63,221 bases of DNA. Origin: an uncultured Rubrivivax sp. GTDB taxonomy: Bacteria > Pseudomonadota > Gammaproteobacteria > Burkholderiales > Burkholderiaceae_C. The stretch lies in contig CAYZGL010000001.1 in assembly GCA_964477985.1 (NCBI GenBank), positions 1 through 63,221 of the forward strand, read 5' to 3'. The notes under the pieces were generated by a model that saw only the letters and a list, made by a program, of their open reading frames with translations, made no database searches and was not told the origin of the DNA. Below are positions 38,097-49,987 of the stretch, piece after piece. Made by a program: the position numbers and the translations under genes. How positions within the stretch are numbered: position 1 is the first letter of the stretch; every line of letters starts with the position of its first letter.

Positions 38097-39470
38097 ATGA
38101 AGCAGCAGGCATGGATCCCGGCGATCGCCCTCGCGCTGTGCGGCACGGCGCAGGCGCAGTCCAACGAGGAACTCAAGGCCAAGCTCGACGAAGCGCTGAA
38201 GACGATCCAGGACCTGCAGGGCCGGGTCAAGGCGCTGGAGCAGGCCAAGCCGGCACCGGCTGCCGCGGCGCCGGCTGCGGCGCCCGCTGCCGCGGCGCCC
38301 GGCCAGTGGGGCGCCCCGGTGGTGTCGGTGGGCACGCGCGCCGAGGACGCCGCCACCCCCGACGCCGACAAGGCGCGCCTCGAGGTCTACGGCCAGGTGA
38401 TGCTCGATGCGATCTACGACTTCAAGCGCATGGACCCGGACTGGAACGCCACGCTGCGCCCGTCGAAGATACCGGTGGTGTGCCCCGGCAGCGCGGGTTG
38501 CGGCAAGGACGGCGCCGCCATCTTCAGCGTGCGGCAGTCGAGCCTGGGCTTCAAGGGCTTCATCCCCAGCAGCCTGGGCCTGATCAAGACCGACCTGTCG
38601 TTCGACCTCTTCGGCGGCGACGGCGGCACCGCGGTGCACTGGCTCAACATCTGGGCCGAAGCCGGCATGTTCGGCGCCGGCCAGTACTACTCCAACTTCA
38701 TGGACATCGACGTGTTCCCGAGCACGATCGACTACTGGGGCCCGAGCGGCATGGCCTTCGTGCGCAACCCGCAGCTGCGCATCACGCCGTGGAGCCAGGA
38801 CGGGATGGGCCTGTCCTTCGCGCTGGAGGCGCCCTACTCGGGCCTGGACCCGGGGCGGATCAGGGAGTTCGCGCCGGAGCTCGCCGCCAGCCTGACCGCC
38901 TGGAACCGGCTGCCCGACCTGACGGCCGCCTGGCGCATGGAGCGCGACTGGGGCCACGTCAAGGCCGCCGGCGTGCTGCGCCAGGTGGGCTACCAGACCA
39001 CGCTGACGCCCGGCGGCAACCCGTCGGGCACGAAGACCGGCTACGGGCTGAACCTGACCGGCACGCTCAATGTCTTCGGCAAGGACCAGCTCAACGGCGG
39101 ATTCGTCTGGGGCAAGGCCATCGCCAGCTACATGAACGACGGCGGCGTCGATCTGGCGCCGGGGACGATCGTGCCGGGCAGCACCAGCGCCGAAGCGGTG
39201 CAGTCGATCGGCTGGCTGGCCTACTACAACCACTGGTGGGCCGACCAGTGGAGCAGCGCCATCGGCTTCTCGCAGCACCGGCAGGACAACACCGCCGGAC
39301 AGGGCCCGACCGCCTTTCGCACCGGCAGCTACGGCAACCTCAACCTGCTGTATTACCCGTGGAAGAACGTCACCACCGGGCTGGAATTCGTCTGGGGCGA
39401 GCTCGAGCAGAAGGACGGCCAGTCGGCCACCGATTACCGGCTGCAGTTCTCGACCAAGGTCACGTTCTAG
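38097..39470 (+). CDS. DcaP-like outer membrane porin with N-terminal coiled coil
   Basis: Signal peptide; coiled coil (LKAKLDEALKTIQDLQGRVKALE); FSVRQS, GQYYSNFMD, RNPQLR, LPDL; C-terminal F. Confidence 0.75.
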   Translation: MKQQAWIPAIALALCGTAQAQSNEELKAKLDEALKTIQDLQGRVKALEQAKPAPAAAAPAAAPAAAAPGQWGAPVVSVGTRAEDAATPDADKARLEVYGQVMLDAIYDFKRMDPDWNATLRPSKIPVVCPGSAGCGKDGAAIFSVRQSSLGFKGFIPSSLGLIKTDLSFDLFGGDGGTAVHWLNIWAEAGMFGAGQYYSNFMDIDVFPSTIDYWGPSGMAFVRNPQLRITPWSQDGMGLSFALEAPYSGLDPGRIREFAPELAASLTAWNRLPDLTAAWRMERDWGHVKAAGVLRQVGYQTTLTPGGNPSGTKTGYGLNLTGTLNVFGKDQLNGGFVWGKAIASYMNDGGVDLAPGTIVPGSTSAEAVQSIGWLAYYNHWWADQWSSAIGFSQHRQDNTAGQGPTAFRTGSYGNLNLLYYPWKNVTTGLEFVWGELEQKDGQSATDYRLQFSTKVTF

Positions 39471-39479
39471 GAGGCCGCG

Positions 39480-41744
39480 ATGCTGTTGCGAGGACACTTC
39501 CCGATCCTGATCGCCCATGGCGAGATCCGCGCGCAAAGCGTGGCCGGCGTGCGGCTGCGCGAGCTGCAGCGGCAACTCGAAGCCGAGGGCTGGAAGACGA
39601 TCGCGGTCGACAACGGCGCCGACGCCGGCATCCTGGCCACCGCGCACCGCGGGCTGGCCGCCGTGCTGTTCAGCGCCGAGGCGCTGCAGACCGACCCCGA
39701 CACCGCCAAGCGCATCGTCGCGCTGATGGACGCGGTGCACCAGCGCGCGCCGGGCCTGCCGGTGATCGCGCTGGGCGAAACCGCGGCGCTGGAGGGCAGC
39801 TCGCCGAAGGCGGTGGCGGCGCTGCGCAACCTGCACGGCATCCTCTACCTGTACGAGGACACGGTGCCGTTCCTGGCGCGCCAGGTGATGCGCGCCGCCG
39901 AGGACTACCTGGCCCAGCTGCTGCCGCCGTTCTTCAAGGCGCTGGTGCAGCACGCCGAGCGTTCGGCCTATTCGTGGCACACGCCGGGGCATGCCGGCGG
40001 CGTGGGGTTCCTGAAGTCGCCGGCGGGTTATGCGCTGCACCAGTTCTTCGGCGAGAACACGCTGCGATCGGACCTGTCGATCTCGGTGCCCGAACTCGGC
40101 TCGCTGCTCGACCACACCGGCCCGGTGAAGGAGGCGGAGAGCTACGCCGCCAAGGTGTTCGGCGCCGACCACAGCTACTTCGTCACCAACGGCACCTCCA
40201 CCGCCAACAAGATCGTCTGGCATTCGATGGCCGGGCGCGACGACCTGGTGATCGTCGACCGCAACTGCCACAAGAGCCTGCTGCACTCGCTGATCATGAC
40301 CGGCGCGACGCCGATCTACTTCACGCCCTCGCGCAACGACTACGGCATCATCGGCCCGATCGCGCTCGAGCAGTTCTCGCCGCAGGCGATCAAGGCAAAG
40401 ATCGCCGCCAGCCCGATCGCCAAGCACGCGAAGGGCAACCCGCGCATCGCCGTCGTCACCAACTCCACCTACGACGGCCTTTGCTACAACGCCGAGAAGA
40501 TCAAGGCGGTGGCCGCCGACCAGGTCGACGCGCTGCACTTCGACGAGGCCTGGTACGCCTACGCCGCCTTCCACGAGTTCTACGCCGGCCGCCATGCGAT
40601 GGGCGTGCCGCGCGGCCACCCGCGCGCCGACCACACGCTGGTCTTCGCCACGCACTCGACGCACAAGCTGCTGGCCGCGTTCTCGCAGGCCTCGATGATC
40701 CACATCCAGGAGTCGCAGACGCGCAAGATCGACACCACGCGCTTCAACGACGCCTTCATGATGCACGGCTCGACCTCGCCGCACTACGGCATCATGGCCT
40801 CGCTGGACGTGTCGTCGGCGATGATGGAAGGCTCGAGCGGCCGCGCCATCGTGCAGGAAACACACGACGAGGCAATGCACTTCCGCCGCGCGCTGGCCGC
40901 GCTGGGCAAGGGCTACAGACGAGGCGACTGGTGGTTCCAGGTCTGGCAACCCGATGGGCTGGACTTGAAGAAGGCCCCCGCCACCGCCGACTGGGTGCTC
41001 GACCCGAAAGCTTCGTGGCACGGCTTTCCCAAGCTCGCCGACGACTACGTGATGCTCGACCCGATCAAGGTCACGCTGTTGACGCCGGGCCTGGGCAAGG
41101 GCGGCAAACTGGCCAAGAGCGGCATCCCCGCCGCCGTCGTCAGCAAGTACCTGTGGGAACGCGGGCTGGTGGTCGAGAAGACGGGGCTGTACAGCTTCCT
41201 GATCCTGTTCTCGCTGGGCATCACGCGCGGCAAATGGAGCTCGATGGTCGATGCGCTGGTCGACTTCAAGAGCGACTACGACGCCAACGCGCCGTTGAAG
41301 AACACGCTGCCCAGCATTGCCGCGGCCGGCAAGCATGCCTACGCCGGCTGGGGGCTGCGCGACCTGTGCGACGCGCTGCACGCCTGCTACCGCGACAACG
41401 ACACCGCGGTGGCGATGAACGCGATGTACACCGAACTGCCGCCGCCGGCGATGAAACCCGCCGACGCCTACGACCACCTGGTGCACGGCCGCGTCGAGCC
41501 GGTGGCGATCGACCAGCTGAAGGGCCGCATCACCGCGGTGATGATCGTGCCCTACCCGCCGGGCATCCCGCTGATCATGCCCGGCGAGCGCTTCAGCACC
41601 GCGTCGATCATCGACTACTTGAAGTTCGCGCGCGACACCGACGACCGCTTCCCCGGCTTCGAGGCCGACATCCACGGCCTGCGCTTCGATGTGGACCGCA
41701 AGGGCCACAAGACCTGGCTGGTCGATTGCGTGAAGGAGGGTTGA
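39480..41744 (+). CDS. PLP-dependent Orn/Lys/Arg decarboxylase, AdiA/LdcA-like (Arg or Lys)
   Basis: WHTPGHAGG, LGSLLDHTG, HFDEAW, THSTHKLL PLP lysine, MLDPIKVT, VPYPPGIP. Confidence 0.9.
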   Translation: MLLRGHFPILIAHGEIRAQSVAGVRLRELQRQLEAEGWKTIAVDNGADAGILATAHRGLAAVLFSAEALQTDPDTAKRIVALMDAVHQRAPGLPVIALGETAALEGSSPKAVAALRNLHGILYLYEDTVPFLARQVMRAAEDYLAQLLPPFFKALVQHAERSAYSWHTPGHAGGVGFLKSPAGYALHQFFGENTLRSDLSISVPELGSLLDHTGPVKEAESYAAKVFGADHSYFVTNGTSTANKIVWHSMAGRDDLVIVDRNCHKSLLHSLIMTGATPIYFTPSRNDYGIIGPIALEQFSPQAIKAKIAASPIAKHAKGNPRIAVVTNSTYDGLCYNAEKIKAVAADQVDALHFDEAWYAYAAFHEFYAGRHAMGVPRGHPRADHTLVFATHSTHKLLAAFSQASMIHIQESQTRKIDTTRFNDAFMMHGSTSPHYGIMASLDVSSAMMEGSSGRAIVQETHDEAMHFRRALAALGKGYRRGDWWFQVWQPDGLDLKKAPATADWVLDPKASWHGFPKLADDYVMLDPIKVTLLTPGLGKGGKLAKSGIPAAVVSKYLWERGLVVEKTGLYSFLILFSLGITRGKWSSMVDALVDFKSDYDANAPLKNTLPSIAAAGKHAYAGWGLRDLCDALHACYRDNDTAVAMNAMYTELPPPAMKPADAYDHLVHGRVEPVAIDQLKGRITAVMIVPYPPGIPLIMPGERFSTASIIDYLKFARDTDDRFPGFEADIHGLRFDVDRKGHKTWLVDCVKEG

Positions 41745-41748
41745 AGCC

Positions 41749-44121
41749 GTGAGCCGCTATTCGGCGTACTCGCTGCAGCCGCAGGCGATCCCGATCCCGT
41801 TCCACAAGCTGCTGAAGGTGGTGGCGGTGGTCGACCCCGGCAGCCTGCCGACCAAGGATCTGCTGGCGCAGATCGCGGCCGAGGGCTACGAGCTCGAGGT
41901 GGTCGCCACCCCCGAGCGCGATCTGGACGAGGACGCCTCGGTCGGCGCCTACATCGTGCTCACCGACGGCGAGCGCCTGGAAGCGGCCAAGGCGCTGGTG
42001 CGCGGCGTGCGGGCCTTGGGCTTTGGCACGCCGCTGTGGGCGCTGGCCGACAGCCACCGCATCAGCGACCTGCCGGTGGCCGGCGGCCTGGGTGAGGTCG
42101 AGGGCTACATCTACCTCGGCCAGCAGTCGCCGACCTTCTACGCCAAGCAGGTGATCGCCAGCCTGGTGCGCTACGGCATGAGCCTGCTGCCGCCCTTCTT
42201 CGGCAAGCTGATGGCCTACGACGGCAAGGCGACGATTGCCTTCGACTGCCCCGGCCACCAGGGCGGCCAGTTCTACAAGAAGTCGCCGCCGGGGCAGTTG
42301 TTCGTCAAACACTTCGGCGAGGCGATCTTCCGCAACGACCTGTGCAACGCCGACGTCGAGCTGGGCGACCTGCTGATCCACGAGGGCGCGGCCAACGAAG
42401 CGCAGGCGCATGCGGCGCAGGTCTTCGGCGCCGACCGCACCTACTTCGTGCTCAACGGCACCAGCACCTCGAACAAGATCGTCACCGGCGCGCTGCTGCG
42501 GCGCGGCGACCTGGTGCTGTTCGACCGCAACAACCACAAGTCGCTGCACCAGGGCGCGCTGGTGCAGGCGGGCGCGGTGCCGATCTTCCTGCCCACCGCG
42601 CGCAACGCCTTCGGCATGATCGGCCCGGTCGACTTCGACGCCTGGGACGAGGCGGCGCTGCGCGAGCAGATCCGCCGGCACCCGCTGGTGCAGGACAAGT
42701 CGCGCGCCGATGCACCGCGGCCGTTCCGCCTGGCGTGCATCCAGCTGTGCACCTACGACGGCACGGTCTACAACGTGCGCAAGGTGCTCGAGCGCATCGG
42801 CCAGCTGTGCGACTACGTGCTGTGGGACGAAGCCTGGATCGGCTACAACGCCTTCCACCCGCTGTTCCACGACCACAGCCCGATGCGCATCGCCGAGCTC
42901 GAGCCCGAGATGGCGGGGCTGTTCTCGACGCAGTCGGTGCACAAGCAGGGCGCGGGTTTTTCGCAGGCCAGCCAGATCCACAAGCGCGACGAACATCTGC
43001 GCGGGCAGCAGCGCTTCGTCGACCACCCGCGCTTCAACGAATCCTTCCTGCAGCACGCGTCGACCTCGCCGTTCTACCCGCTGTTCGCGTCGCTCGACGT
43101 CAACGCCAAGGTGCACGAAGGCAAGGGCGGGGAGATGCTGTGGGACCGCTGCATCGAACTCGGCATCGAGACGCGCAAGAAGCTGCGCGAATTCGGCGAA
43201 CACTACGCGCGCCGTGGCAAGGGGCCGCAGGAGCAGTGGTTCTTCGACCCCTTCGTGCCCGACCGCGTCAGTGTGCGCGGCTCGGCCTTCGGCGCCGACG
43301 CCATCGACGTGCCGTGGCAGAGCCTGCCCACCGCGCTGCTCAAGCGCGAGCAGCAGTGCTGGAACTTCGAGCCCGGCGCCGCCTGGCACGGCTACGCGGC
43401 GATGGCCGACGGCTACGCGATGGTCGACCCGAACAAGCTGATGCTGCTCACCCCCGGCATAGCCCGCAAGACCGGCGAGTACGGCGACTTCGGCGTGCCG
43501 GCCACGGTGGTCGCCAACTTCCTGCGCGAGCAGCGCATCGTGCCCGAGAAGTGCGACCTGAACAGCATCCTGTTCCTGATGACCCCGGCCGAGGACGAAA
43601 GCAAGCTGAACACGCTGATCGCCAAGCTGGTGCTGTTCAAGACGCTGTGGGACGCCGACGCGCCGCTGCAGCAGGTGCTGCCTTCGCTGTACGCCGCCAA
43701 CAGCGCGCGCTACGCCGGCGCCACGATCCGCAGCGTGTGCCGCGAGATGCATCAGTTCTACCGCAGCCGCGACATCAAGGGGCTGCAGCGCAAGTGCTTC
43801 CGCGCCGAGAGCTTCCCCGAACTCGCGATGCTGCCGCAGGACGCCTACCGCAAGCTGGTGGGCAACGAGGTCGACTACCTGCCGCTCGACCAATGCCGCG
43901 GCCGCGTTGCGGCGACGCTGGCGCTGATCTATCCGCCGGGCATCGGCGTCGTCGTTCCCGGCGAGCGCTGGGACGATCGCGCACAGCCGATGCTCGACTA
44001 CCTGCACGCCTTCGAGGAGTCGTTCAACCGCTTCCCCGGCTTCAACTACGAGGTGCAGGGTGTGTTCCAGGAGCGCCTCGACGGGCGCATCGTGTTCCAC
44101 ACCTACGTCGTGCGTGATTGA
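41749..44121 (+). CDS. speF: Ornithine decarboxylase (SpeF/SpeC type)
   Basis: FDCPGHQGG, DLCNADVELGDLLIHEG, TQSVHKQ.AGFSQ, PEKCDLNSILFL; adjacent to potE. Confidence 0.85.
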   Translation: MSRYSAYSLQPQAIPIPFHKLLKVVAVVDPGSLPTKDLLAQIAAEGYELEVVATPERDLDEDASVGAYIVLTDGERLEAAKALVRGVRALGFGTPLWALADSHRISDLPVAGGLGEVEGYIYLGQQSPTFYAKQVIASLVRYGMSLLPPFFGKLMAYDGKATIAFDCPGHQGGQFYKKSPPGQLFVKHFGEAIFRNDLCNADVELGDLLIHEGAANEAQAHAAQVFGADRTYFVLNGTSTSNKIVTGALLRRGDLVLFDRNNHKSLHQGALVQAGAVPIFLPTARNAFGMIGPVDFDAWDEAALREQIRRHPLVQDKSRADAPRPFRLACIQLCTYDGTVYNVRKVLERIGQLCDYVLWDEAWIGYNAFHPLFHDHSPMRIAELEPEMAGLFSTQSVHKQGAGFSQASQIHKRDEHLRGQQRFVDHPRFNESFLQHASTSPFYPLFASLDVNAKVHEGKGGEMLWDRCIELGIETRKKLREFGEHYARRGKGPQEQWFFDPFVPDRVSVRGSAFGADAIDVPWQSLPTALLKREQQCWNFEPGAAWHGYAAMADGYAMVDPNKLMLLTPGIARKTGEYGDFGVPATVVANFLREQRIVPEKCDLNSILFLMTPAEDESKLNTLIAKLVLFKTLWDADAPLQQVLPSLYAANSARYAGATIRSVCREMHQFYRSRDIKGLQRKCFRAESFPELAMLPQDAYRKLVGNEVDYLPLDQCRGRVAATLALIYPPGIGVVVPGERWDDRAQPMLDYLHAFEESFNRFPGFNYEVQGVFQERLDGRIVFHTYVVRD

Positions 44122-44132
44122 GGAGACCCGCG

Positions 44133-45452
44133 ATGGCCGAAACCAAGAAGAAGATGAACGTCGTGCAGCTGACGTTCATCGTCATGGTCAACATGATGGG
44201 CTCGGGCATCATCATGCTGCCGTCGAACATGGCCAAGGTCGGCGCGATCTCGCTGACCTCGTGGATCGTCACTGCGCTCGGCTCGCTGGCCATCGCCTGG
44301 GGCTTCGCGCAGGCCGGCATCTTCAACCAGCGCCCCGGCGGCCTGGCCGCCTACGCCGAGGACGCCTACGGCAAGGACGGCTACTTCCAGGTCTTCTTCC
44401 TGTACTTCCTGTCGCTGGCCATCGCCAACGTGGCGGTGGCGATCTCGGCGCTCGGTTATCTGGCGAGCTTCTTTCCGGGGCTGACGGCGACGCCGATCGC
44501 CACCGCGCTCGGCGTCATCGCCTTGTTATGGATCACCACGGTGGCCAACTTCGGCGGGCCGAGCCTGACCGGCAAGATCGGCTCGGTCACGGTCTGGGGC
44601 GTGATCCTGCCGGTGGGCTTCATGGCCATCGCCGGCTGGATCTGGTTCAGCGGCGCGACCTTCGCCGCCGCCTGGAACCCCAAGGGCATCAGCATCGCCG
44701 AAGGCATGGGCTCGTCGATCGCGCTCACGCTGTGGGCCTTCCTCGGCATGGAGTCGGCGAGCCAGAACGCTTCCGCCGTGGAGAACCCCAAGCGCGACGT
44801 GCCGCTGGCGTGCATGTTCGGCACGCTGGGCGCTGCCGTGATCTACATCCTGTCCACGGCCGTGATCCAGGGCATCGTGCCCAATGCCGAGCTGGCCGAA
44901 TCGACCGGCCCCTTCGGCCTGGCCTACGCCAAGATGTTCAACCCGCTGGTCGGCCAGATCGTGATGGCGCTGGCGGTGATGGCCTGCGTCGGCTCGCTGC
45001 TGGGCTGGCAGTTCACGCTGGCCTCGACCGCCAAGGACGCGGCCGACTCCAAACTCTTCCCGGCGGTCTTCGGCAAGGCCACCGGCGCCGGTGCGCCGCT
45101 GGTGGGCATGGTGATCATGGGCATCGTGCAGACGCTGATGGCGCTGATGACGATCTCGCCCGACCTGAACCAGCAGTTCTCGGCGCTGGTCAACCTGGCG
45201 GTGGTGACCAACGTGCTGCCTTACGTCATCGCGCTGTCGGCGCTGTGGGTGATGATGCGCGACGGCAAGGTCGAACCGGGTACGCGCAAGATGAACACCT
45301 TCGTCGCGGTGGTGGCGCTGCTGTATTCGATCTACGCGCTGTGGGCTTCGGGCAAGGATGCGGTGATGGGCGGCATGCTGGTGCTGGCGGTCGGCTACCT
45401 GGTGTGGGGCCTGATCGCGCCGCGCTTTGCGCCGGCGGTGGCCAAGAGCTGA
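44133..45452 (+). CDS. potE: Putrescine-ornithine antiporter
   Basis: KMNVVQLT...VNMMGSGIIMLP, WAFLGMESA, ENPKRDVP, VNLAVVTN. Confidence 0.9.
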   Translation: MAETKKKMNVVQLTFIVMVNMMGSGIIMLPSNMAKVGAISLTSWIVTALGSLAIAWGFAQAGIFNQRPGGLAAYAEDAYGKDGYFQVFFLYFLSLAIANVAVAISALGYLASFFPGLTATPIATALGVIALLWITTVANFGGPSLTGKIGSVTVWGVILPVGFMAIAGWIWFSGATFAAAWNPKGISIAEGMGSSIALTLWAFLGMESASQNASAVENPKRDVPLACMFGTLGAAVIYILSTAVIQGIVPNAELAESTGPFGLAYAKMFNPLVGQIVMALAVMACVGSLLGWQFTLASTAKDAADSKLFPAVFGKATGAGAPLVGMVIMGIVQTLMALMTISPDLNQQFSALVNLAVVTNVLPYVIALSALWVMMRDGKVEPGTRKMNTFVAVVALLYSIYALWASGKDAVMGGMLVLAVGYLVWGLIAPRFAPAVAKS

Positions 45453-45469
45453 ACGGGAGGGACGACACG

Positions 45470-46387
45470 ATGAACCGCAGCTCCATCTTCACGCGCCCGC
45501 TGCGCAGCGCGCTGCTCGCTGCCGGCCTGGCCCTGGGCGCCTGCGCGACAGTGCTTGCCGCCGGGGTACTGGACCGCGCGCGCGACAGCTCGAAGCTGAC
45601 GTTCGGCTACCGCGCCGATGCCCGGCCCTTCGCCTTTGCCGACGGCGGCAAGCCGGCCGGTTTTTCGGTCGCGCTGTGCCAGAAGGTGGCCGACGCGGTC
45701 CAGGCCGAGTTGAAGCTGCCAAAGCTGCAGCTCGACTTCGTGCCGGTCACGGCGACCAGCCGCTTCGAGCTGCTGCAGCAGGGCAAGATCGACCTGAGCT
45801 GCGGCACCGACACGCCGACGCTGGCGCGGCGCGGCAGCGTCGACTTCTCGCTGCCGATCTTCTTCGCCGGCACCGGGGCACTGCTGCGCAAGGACGCCGA
45901 CCCGCGGCTGCGCAACGCGCTGGCCGACCAGCCCGACCCGGTCCGGCCGGTGTGGCGCGGTGCGCCGGGGATCTTTGGGCTGCAAGTGGTGTTCGCGGTG
46001 GTCGGCGGCACCACCGTCGAGAAGACGTTGATCGAACGCCTGAAGCTGCGGCGCGTGACGGTCACCGTCGCGCCGGTGCCCGACTACGCGGCCGGGGTGC
46101 AGATGGTGCTCGATGGTCGCGCGGCCGCGCTGTTCGGCGACCGGCCGGTGCTGCTCGACCTGGCGCAACGCGGCGCGGGCCCGCTGCAGGTGATCGAACG
46201 CACTTTCACGCGCGAGCCGCTGGCGCTGGCGCTGCCGCGCGGCGACGCTGAGTTCAGGCTGCTGGTCGACCGCACCTTGAGCCGGGTGTACCGCTCGCCC
46301 GAGTTCGCCGCGCTGTACACCACGTACTTCGGCGCACCGGGCCCGGGCGCGCTCGAATTCTTCCAGGCCGTGGCGCTGCCCGACTGA
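45470..46387 (+). CDS. Amino acid ABC transporter substrate-binding protein (family 3, GltI-like)
   Basis: Signal peptide; [36 protein letters not shown]. Confidence 0.85.
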   Translation: MNRSSIFTRPLRSALLAAGLALGACATVLAAGVLDRARDSSKLTFGYRADARPFAFADGGKPAGFSVALCQKVADAVQAELKLPKLQLDFVPVTATSRFELLQQGKIDLSCGTDTPTLARRGSVDFSLPIFFAGTGALLRKDADPRLRNALADQPDPVRPVWRGAPGIFGLQVVFAVVGGTTVEKTLIERLKLRRVTVTVAPVPDYAAGVQMVLDGRAAALFGDRPVLLDLAQRGAGPLQVIERTFTREPLALALPRGDAEFRLLVDRTLSRVYRSPEFAALYTTYFGAPGPGALEFFQAVALPD

Positions 46388-46406
46388 AACCACGAGGAGA
46401 GCGACG

Positions 46407-47633
46407 ATGCAAGCACTGGGTGTCCACAGCGAAGTCGGCAAGCTGCGCACGGTGATGGTCTGCCGCCCCGGCCTGGCGCACCAGCGGCTGACGCCGGGCA
46501 ACGCCGAGGAGCTGCTGTTCGACGACGTGCTGTGGGTGCACGAGGCGCAGAAGGACCACTACGACTTCGCGCTGAAGATGCGCGAGCGCGGCACCGAGGT
46601 GATCGACCTGCACGAAATGCTGGCCGAGACGCTGCAGGACCCGGCGGCGCGCGCCTGGGTGCTCGACCGGCGCATCACGGTCAACGACGTCGGCCTGGGC
46701 GTGGCTGCGGCGATCCGGCCCTGGCTCGACGAGATGCCGGCGCCCAAACTGGCCGAGCACCTGATCGGCGGCATCGCGGTGCTCGACCTGCCGGGCAGCG
46801 AGATGTCGACGATGCTGCTCGAGGCCTTCGGCGGCACCGACTTCGTGATTCCGCCGGTGCCGAACACGCTGTTCCAGCGCGACCCCTCATGCTGGATCTA
46901 CGGCGGCGTGACCTGCAACCCGATGTACTGGCCGGCGCGCCAGCCCGAGACGCTGTTGCAGCGCGCGGTCTACAAGTTCCACCCGCGCTTCAAAGGGGCG
47001 CCGTTCACGATCTGGTGGGGCGACAGCGACGAGAACTTCGGCGCGGCCACGGTCGAAGGCGGCGACGTGATGCCGATCGGCAAGGGCGTGGTGCTGATCG
47101 GCATGGGTGAGCGCACGACGCGGCAGGCGGTGTACCAGCTCGCCGACCGGCTGCTGCAGGCCGGGGGCGCCACGCGCGTGATCGGCTGCCTGATGCCCAA
47201 GAGCCGCGCCGCGATGCACCTGGACACCGTCTTCACCTTCTGCGACCGCGACCTGGTGACCGCGTTCCGCGAGGTGGTCGACCAGATCCGCTGCTACAGC
47301 GCGCGCCCCGACGGCAAGGGTGGCATCGAGGTGCGCGAGGACAAGGGACACCTGTTCGACGTGGTCAAGGACGCGCTCGGGCTGCCCGAATTGCGCGTCG
47401 TCGAGACCGGCGGCAACGCCTGGCAGGCGCAGCGCGAGCAGTGGGACGACGGCAACAACGTCGTCGCGCTCGAACCGGGCGTGGTCGTCGCCTACGACCG
47501 CAACACCCACACCAACACGCTGCTGCGCAAGGCCGGCGTCGAGGTGATCACCGTGCGCGGCAGCGAACTGGGGCGCGGCCGCGGCGGCGGACACTGCATG
47601 ACCTGCCCGATTTCCCGCGACCCTGCGTATTGA
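46407..47633 (+). CDS. arcA: Arginine deiminase
   Basis: [41 protein letters not shown]. Confidence 0.97.
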   Translation: MQALGVHSEVGKLRTVMVCRPGLAHQRLTPGNAEELLFDDVLWVHEAQKDHYDFALKMRERGTEVIDLHEMLAETLQDPAARAWVLDRRITVNDVGLGVAAAIRPWLDEMPAPKLAEHLIGGIAVLDLPGSEMSTMLLEAFGGTDFVIPPVPNTLFQRDPSCWIYGGVTCNPMYWPARQPETLLQRAVYKFHPRFKGAPFTIWWGDSDENFGAATVEGGDVMPIGKGVVLIGMGERTTRQAVYQLADRLLQAGGATRVIGCLMPKSRAAMHLDTVFTFCDRDLVTAFREVVDQIRCYSARPDGKGGIEVREDKGHLFDVVKDALGLPELRVVETGGNAWQAQREQWDDGNNVVALEPGVVVAYDRNTHTNTLLRKAGVEVITVRGSELGRGRGGGHCMTCPISRDPAY

Positions 47634-47644
47634 GGGAGGACCCA

Positions 47645-48649
47645 ATGAGCTTCAACCTGCGCAACCGCTCGCTGCTCACCGTCCAGGACATGACGCAGCG
47701 CGAATTCCGCTACCTGCTGGACCTGGCGCGCGACCTGAAGCGCGCCAAGTACGCGCGCACCGAACAGAAGCACCTGCAGGACAAGGAGATCTGCCTGATA
47801 TTCGAGAAGACCTCGACGCGCACGCGCTGCGCCTTCGAGGTCGCCTGCCACGACCAGGGCGCCAACGTCACCTACCTGGACCCGGCGGGTTCGCAGATCG
47901 GCCACAAGGAATCGTTCAAGGACACCGCGCGCGTGCTCGGCCGCATGTACGACGCGATCGAATACCGCGGCGCCAGCCAGAGCGGCGTCGAGACCCTCGC
48001 CAGGTACGCCGGTGTTCCGGTGTTCAACGGTCTGACCGACGAATACCACCCGACGCAGATGCTGGCCGACGTGCTGACGATGCGCGAGCACAGCGACAAG
48101 CCGCTGAGCCAGATCGCCTATGCCTTCATGGGCGACACGCGCAACAACATGGGGCACTCGCTGATGATCGTCGGCTGCCTGATGGGCATGGACGTGCGCT
48201 TGTGCGGGCCGAAGAAGCTCTGGCCGGCGGAAGAGTACCTGCAGATCGCGCGCGGGCTCGAAGCGAGGTACGGTGCGAAGCTGACGATCACCGACGACCC
48301 GCAGGCCGCAGTGAAGGGCGCCGACTTCGTCCACACCGACGTGTGGGTGTCGATGGGCGAGCCGAAGGAGGTCTGGAAGGAGCGCATCGAGTTGCTGCTG
48401 CCGTACCAGGTGAATGCCGCGCTGATGAAGGCCAGCGGCAATGCGCAGGTCAAGTTCATGCACTGCCTGCCCGCGTTCCACGACACCGAAACCACGCTCG
48501 GCAAGCAGATCGCCGAAACCTACGGCATCGACAACGGGCTGGAGGTGACGAACGAAGTCTTCGAGAGCGAGTGGAACATCGCCTTCGAGCAGGCCGAGAA
48601 CCGGCTGCACACGATCAAGGCGATCCTCGTCGCGACACTCGGCGACTGA
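47645..48649 (+). CDS. arcB: Ornithine carbamoyltransferase (catabolic by context)
   Basis: [28 protein letters not shown]. Confidence 0.95.
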   Translation: MSFNLRNRSLLTVQDMTQREFRYLLDLARDLKRAKYARTEQKHLQDKEICLIFEKTSTRTRCAFEVACHDQGANVTYLDPAGSQIGHKESFKDTARVLGRMYDAIEYRGASQSGVETLARYAGVPVFNGLTDEYHPTQMLADVLTMREHSDKPLSQIAYAFMGDTRNNMGHSLMIVGCLMGMDVRLCGPKKLWPAEEYLQIARGLEARYGAKLTITDDPQAAVKGADFVHTDVWVSMGEPKEVWKERIELLLPYQVNAALMKASGNAQVKFMHCLPAFHDTETTLGKQIAETYGIDNGLEVTNEVFESEWNIAFEQAENRLHTIKAILVATLGD

Positions 48650-48661
48650 CGCCGGCTCCCG

Positions 48662-49987
48662 ATGACCTCGACCGCCGACCGCGCCAAGAGCCTGGGGCTG
48701 GCGGCGTGCGTTGCCGTCGTCGTCGGCAACATGGTCGGCTCGGGCTTCTACCTGTCGCCGGCGGCGGTCGCACCCTACGGTCTGCTCGCGGTGCTGATGT
48801 GGATCGTGATGGGCGTCGGCGCGATCTGCCTGGGCCTGACCTTCGCGCGGCTGGCGACGGTCGTGCCGGCCACCGGCGGGCCCTATGCCTACACGCGCAT
48901 GGCGTATGGCGACTTCGCCGGCTTCCTCGTCGCCTGGGGCTACTGGATCTCGGTGTGGGCGTCGCTGCCGGCGATCGCCTTCGCCTTCGCCGGGTCGCTG
49001 ATGAATATGCTGCCGGTGCTGAACAACAAGGCGATGGCGCTTGCGCTGACGCTGGGCGCGATCTGGGCGGTGGTGGGCATCAACCTGCGCGGCGTGAAGG
49101 CGGCGGGTCTGTTCGCCGCAGTGACCACCTATGCCAAGCTGGTGCCCTTCGCCGGCATCGCGCTGGCCGGGCTGTTCTGGGTGCAGCGCGAGAACCTGTC
49201 GCAGTTCAACCCCAGCGGCGAACCGCTGCTGAGCGCGGCCGCGGCGCTGGCGCCGCTGACGATGTTCGCCTACCTCGGGCTCGAGTCGGCGACGGTGCCG
49301 GCCGGCGACGTGCGCGACGCCGCGCGCACGATCCCGCGCTCGACCATCATCGGCGTCGCGATCGCTGCGGCGCTGTACGTGCTCGGCACCCTGGTCGTGC
49401 TCGGCGTCGTGCCGCGCGAGCAGTTGATGCGGTCGGTCGCGCCGTTCGCCGATGCCGCGCGGCTGATGTGGGGCGACGGCGCCGCGCTGGCGGTGGCGCT
49501 CGCGGTCATCGTCTCGTCGATCGGCGCGCTCAACGGCTGGACACTGCTGATGGGCCAGGTGCCGATGGCCGCCGCGCACGACCGGCTGTTCCCCGCCTTC
49601 TTCGGCCGCCTGTCGGCGCGCGGCGTGCCGGCGCAGGGCATCGTCGTCTCGGCGGCGCTGGCCACGCTGCTGGTGGCCTCGCAGGCGATGGGCTCGCCCG
49701 GCGTGCGCGCGTTCTACAACCTGCTGGTCAGCCTGTCGACGATGACGGCGGTCGTGCCCTATGCCTTCTGCGCGCTGGCCGTGCCGCTGGTGGCGGCGTG
49801 GCACGGCCAGCGCGGCGCCGGTGCGCCGCGCGTCGGCGTGGTCGAGCTGATCGCTTTTGCGTTCTCGCTGTTCACCATCTACGGCTGCGGCCCCGAGGCG
49901 GTGCTGTACGGGCTGACGCTGTTGCTGCTGGGGTTGCCGGTCTATGTCTGGCAGCAGCGCCGGGCGAGAAAGGAAGAAGCATGCTGA
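48662..49987 (+). CDS. APC family amino acid antiporter (ArcD/AdiC/CadB-like)
   Basis: [21 protein letters not shown]; lies between arcB and arcC. Confidence 0.85.
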   Translation: MTSTADRAKSLGLAACVAVVVGNMVGSGFYLSPAAVAPYGLLAVLMWIVMGVGAICLGLTFARLATVVPATGGPYAYTRMAYGDFAGFLVAWGYWISVWASLPAIAFAFAGSLMNMLPVLNNKAMALALTLGAIWAVVGINLRGVKAAGLFAAVTTYAKLVPFAGIALAGLFWVQRENLSQFNPSGEPLLSAAAALAPLTMFAYLGLESATVPAGDVRDAARTIPRSTIIGVAIAAALYVLGTLVVLGVVPREQLMRSVAPFADAARLMWGDGAALAVALAVIVSSIGALNGWTLLMGQVPMAAAHDRLFPAFFGRLSARGVPAQGIVVSAALATLLVASQAMGSPGVRAFYNLLVSLSTMTAVVPYAFCALAVPLVAAWHGQRGAGAPRVGVVELIAFAFSLFTIYGCGPEAVLYGLTLLLLGLPVYVWQQRRARKEEAC

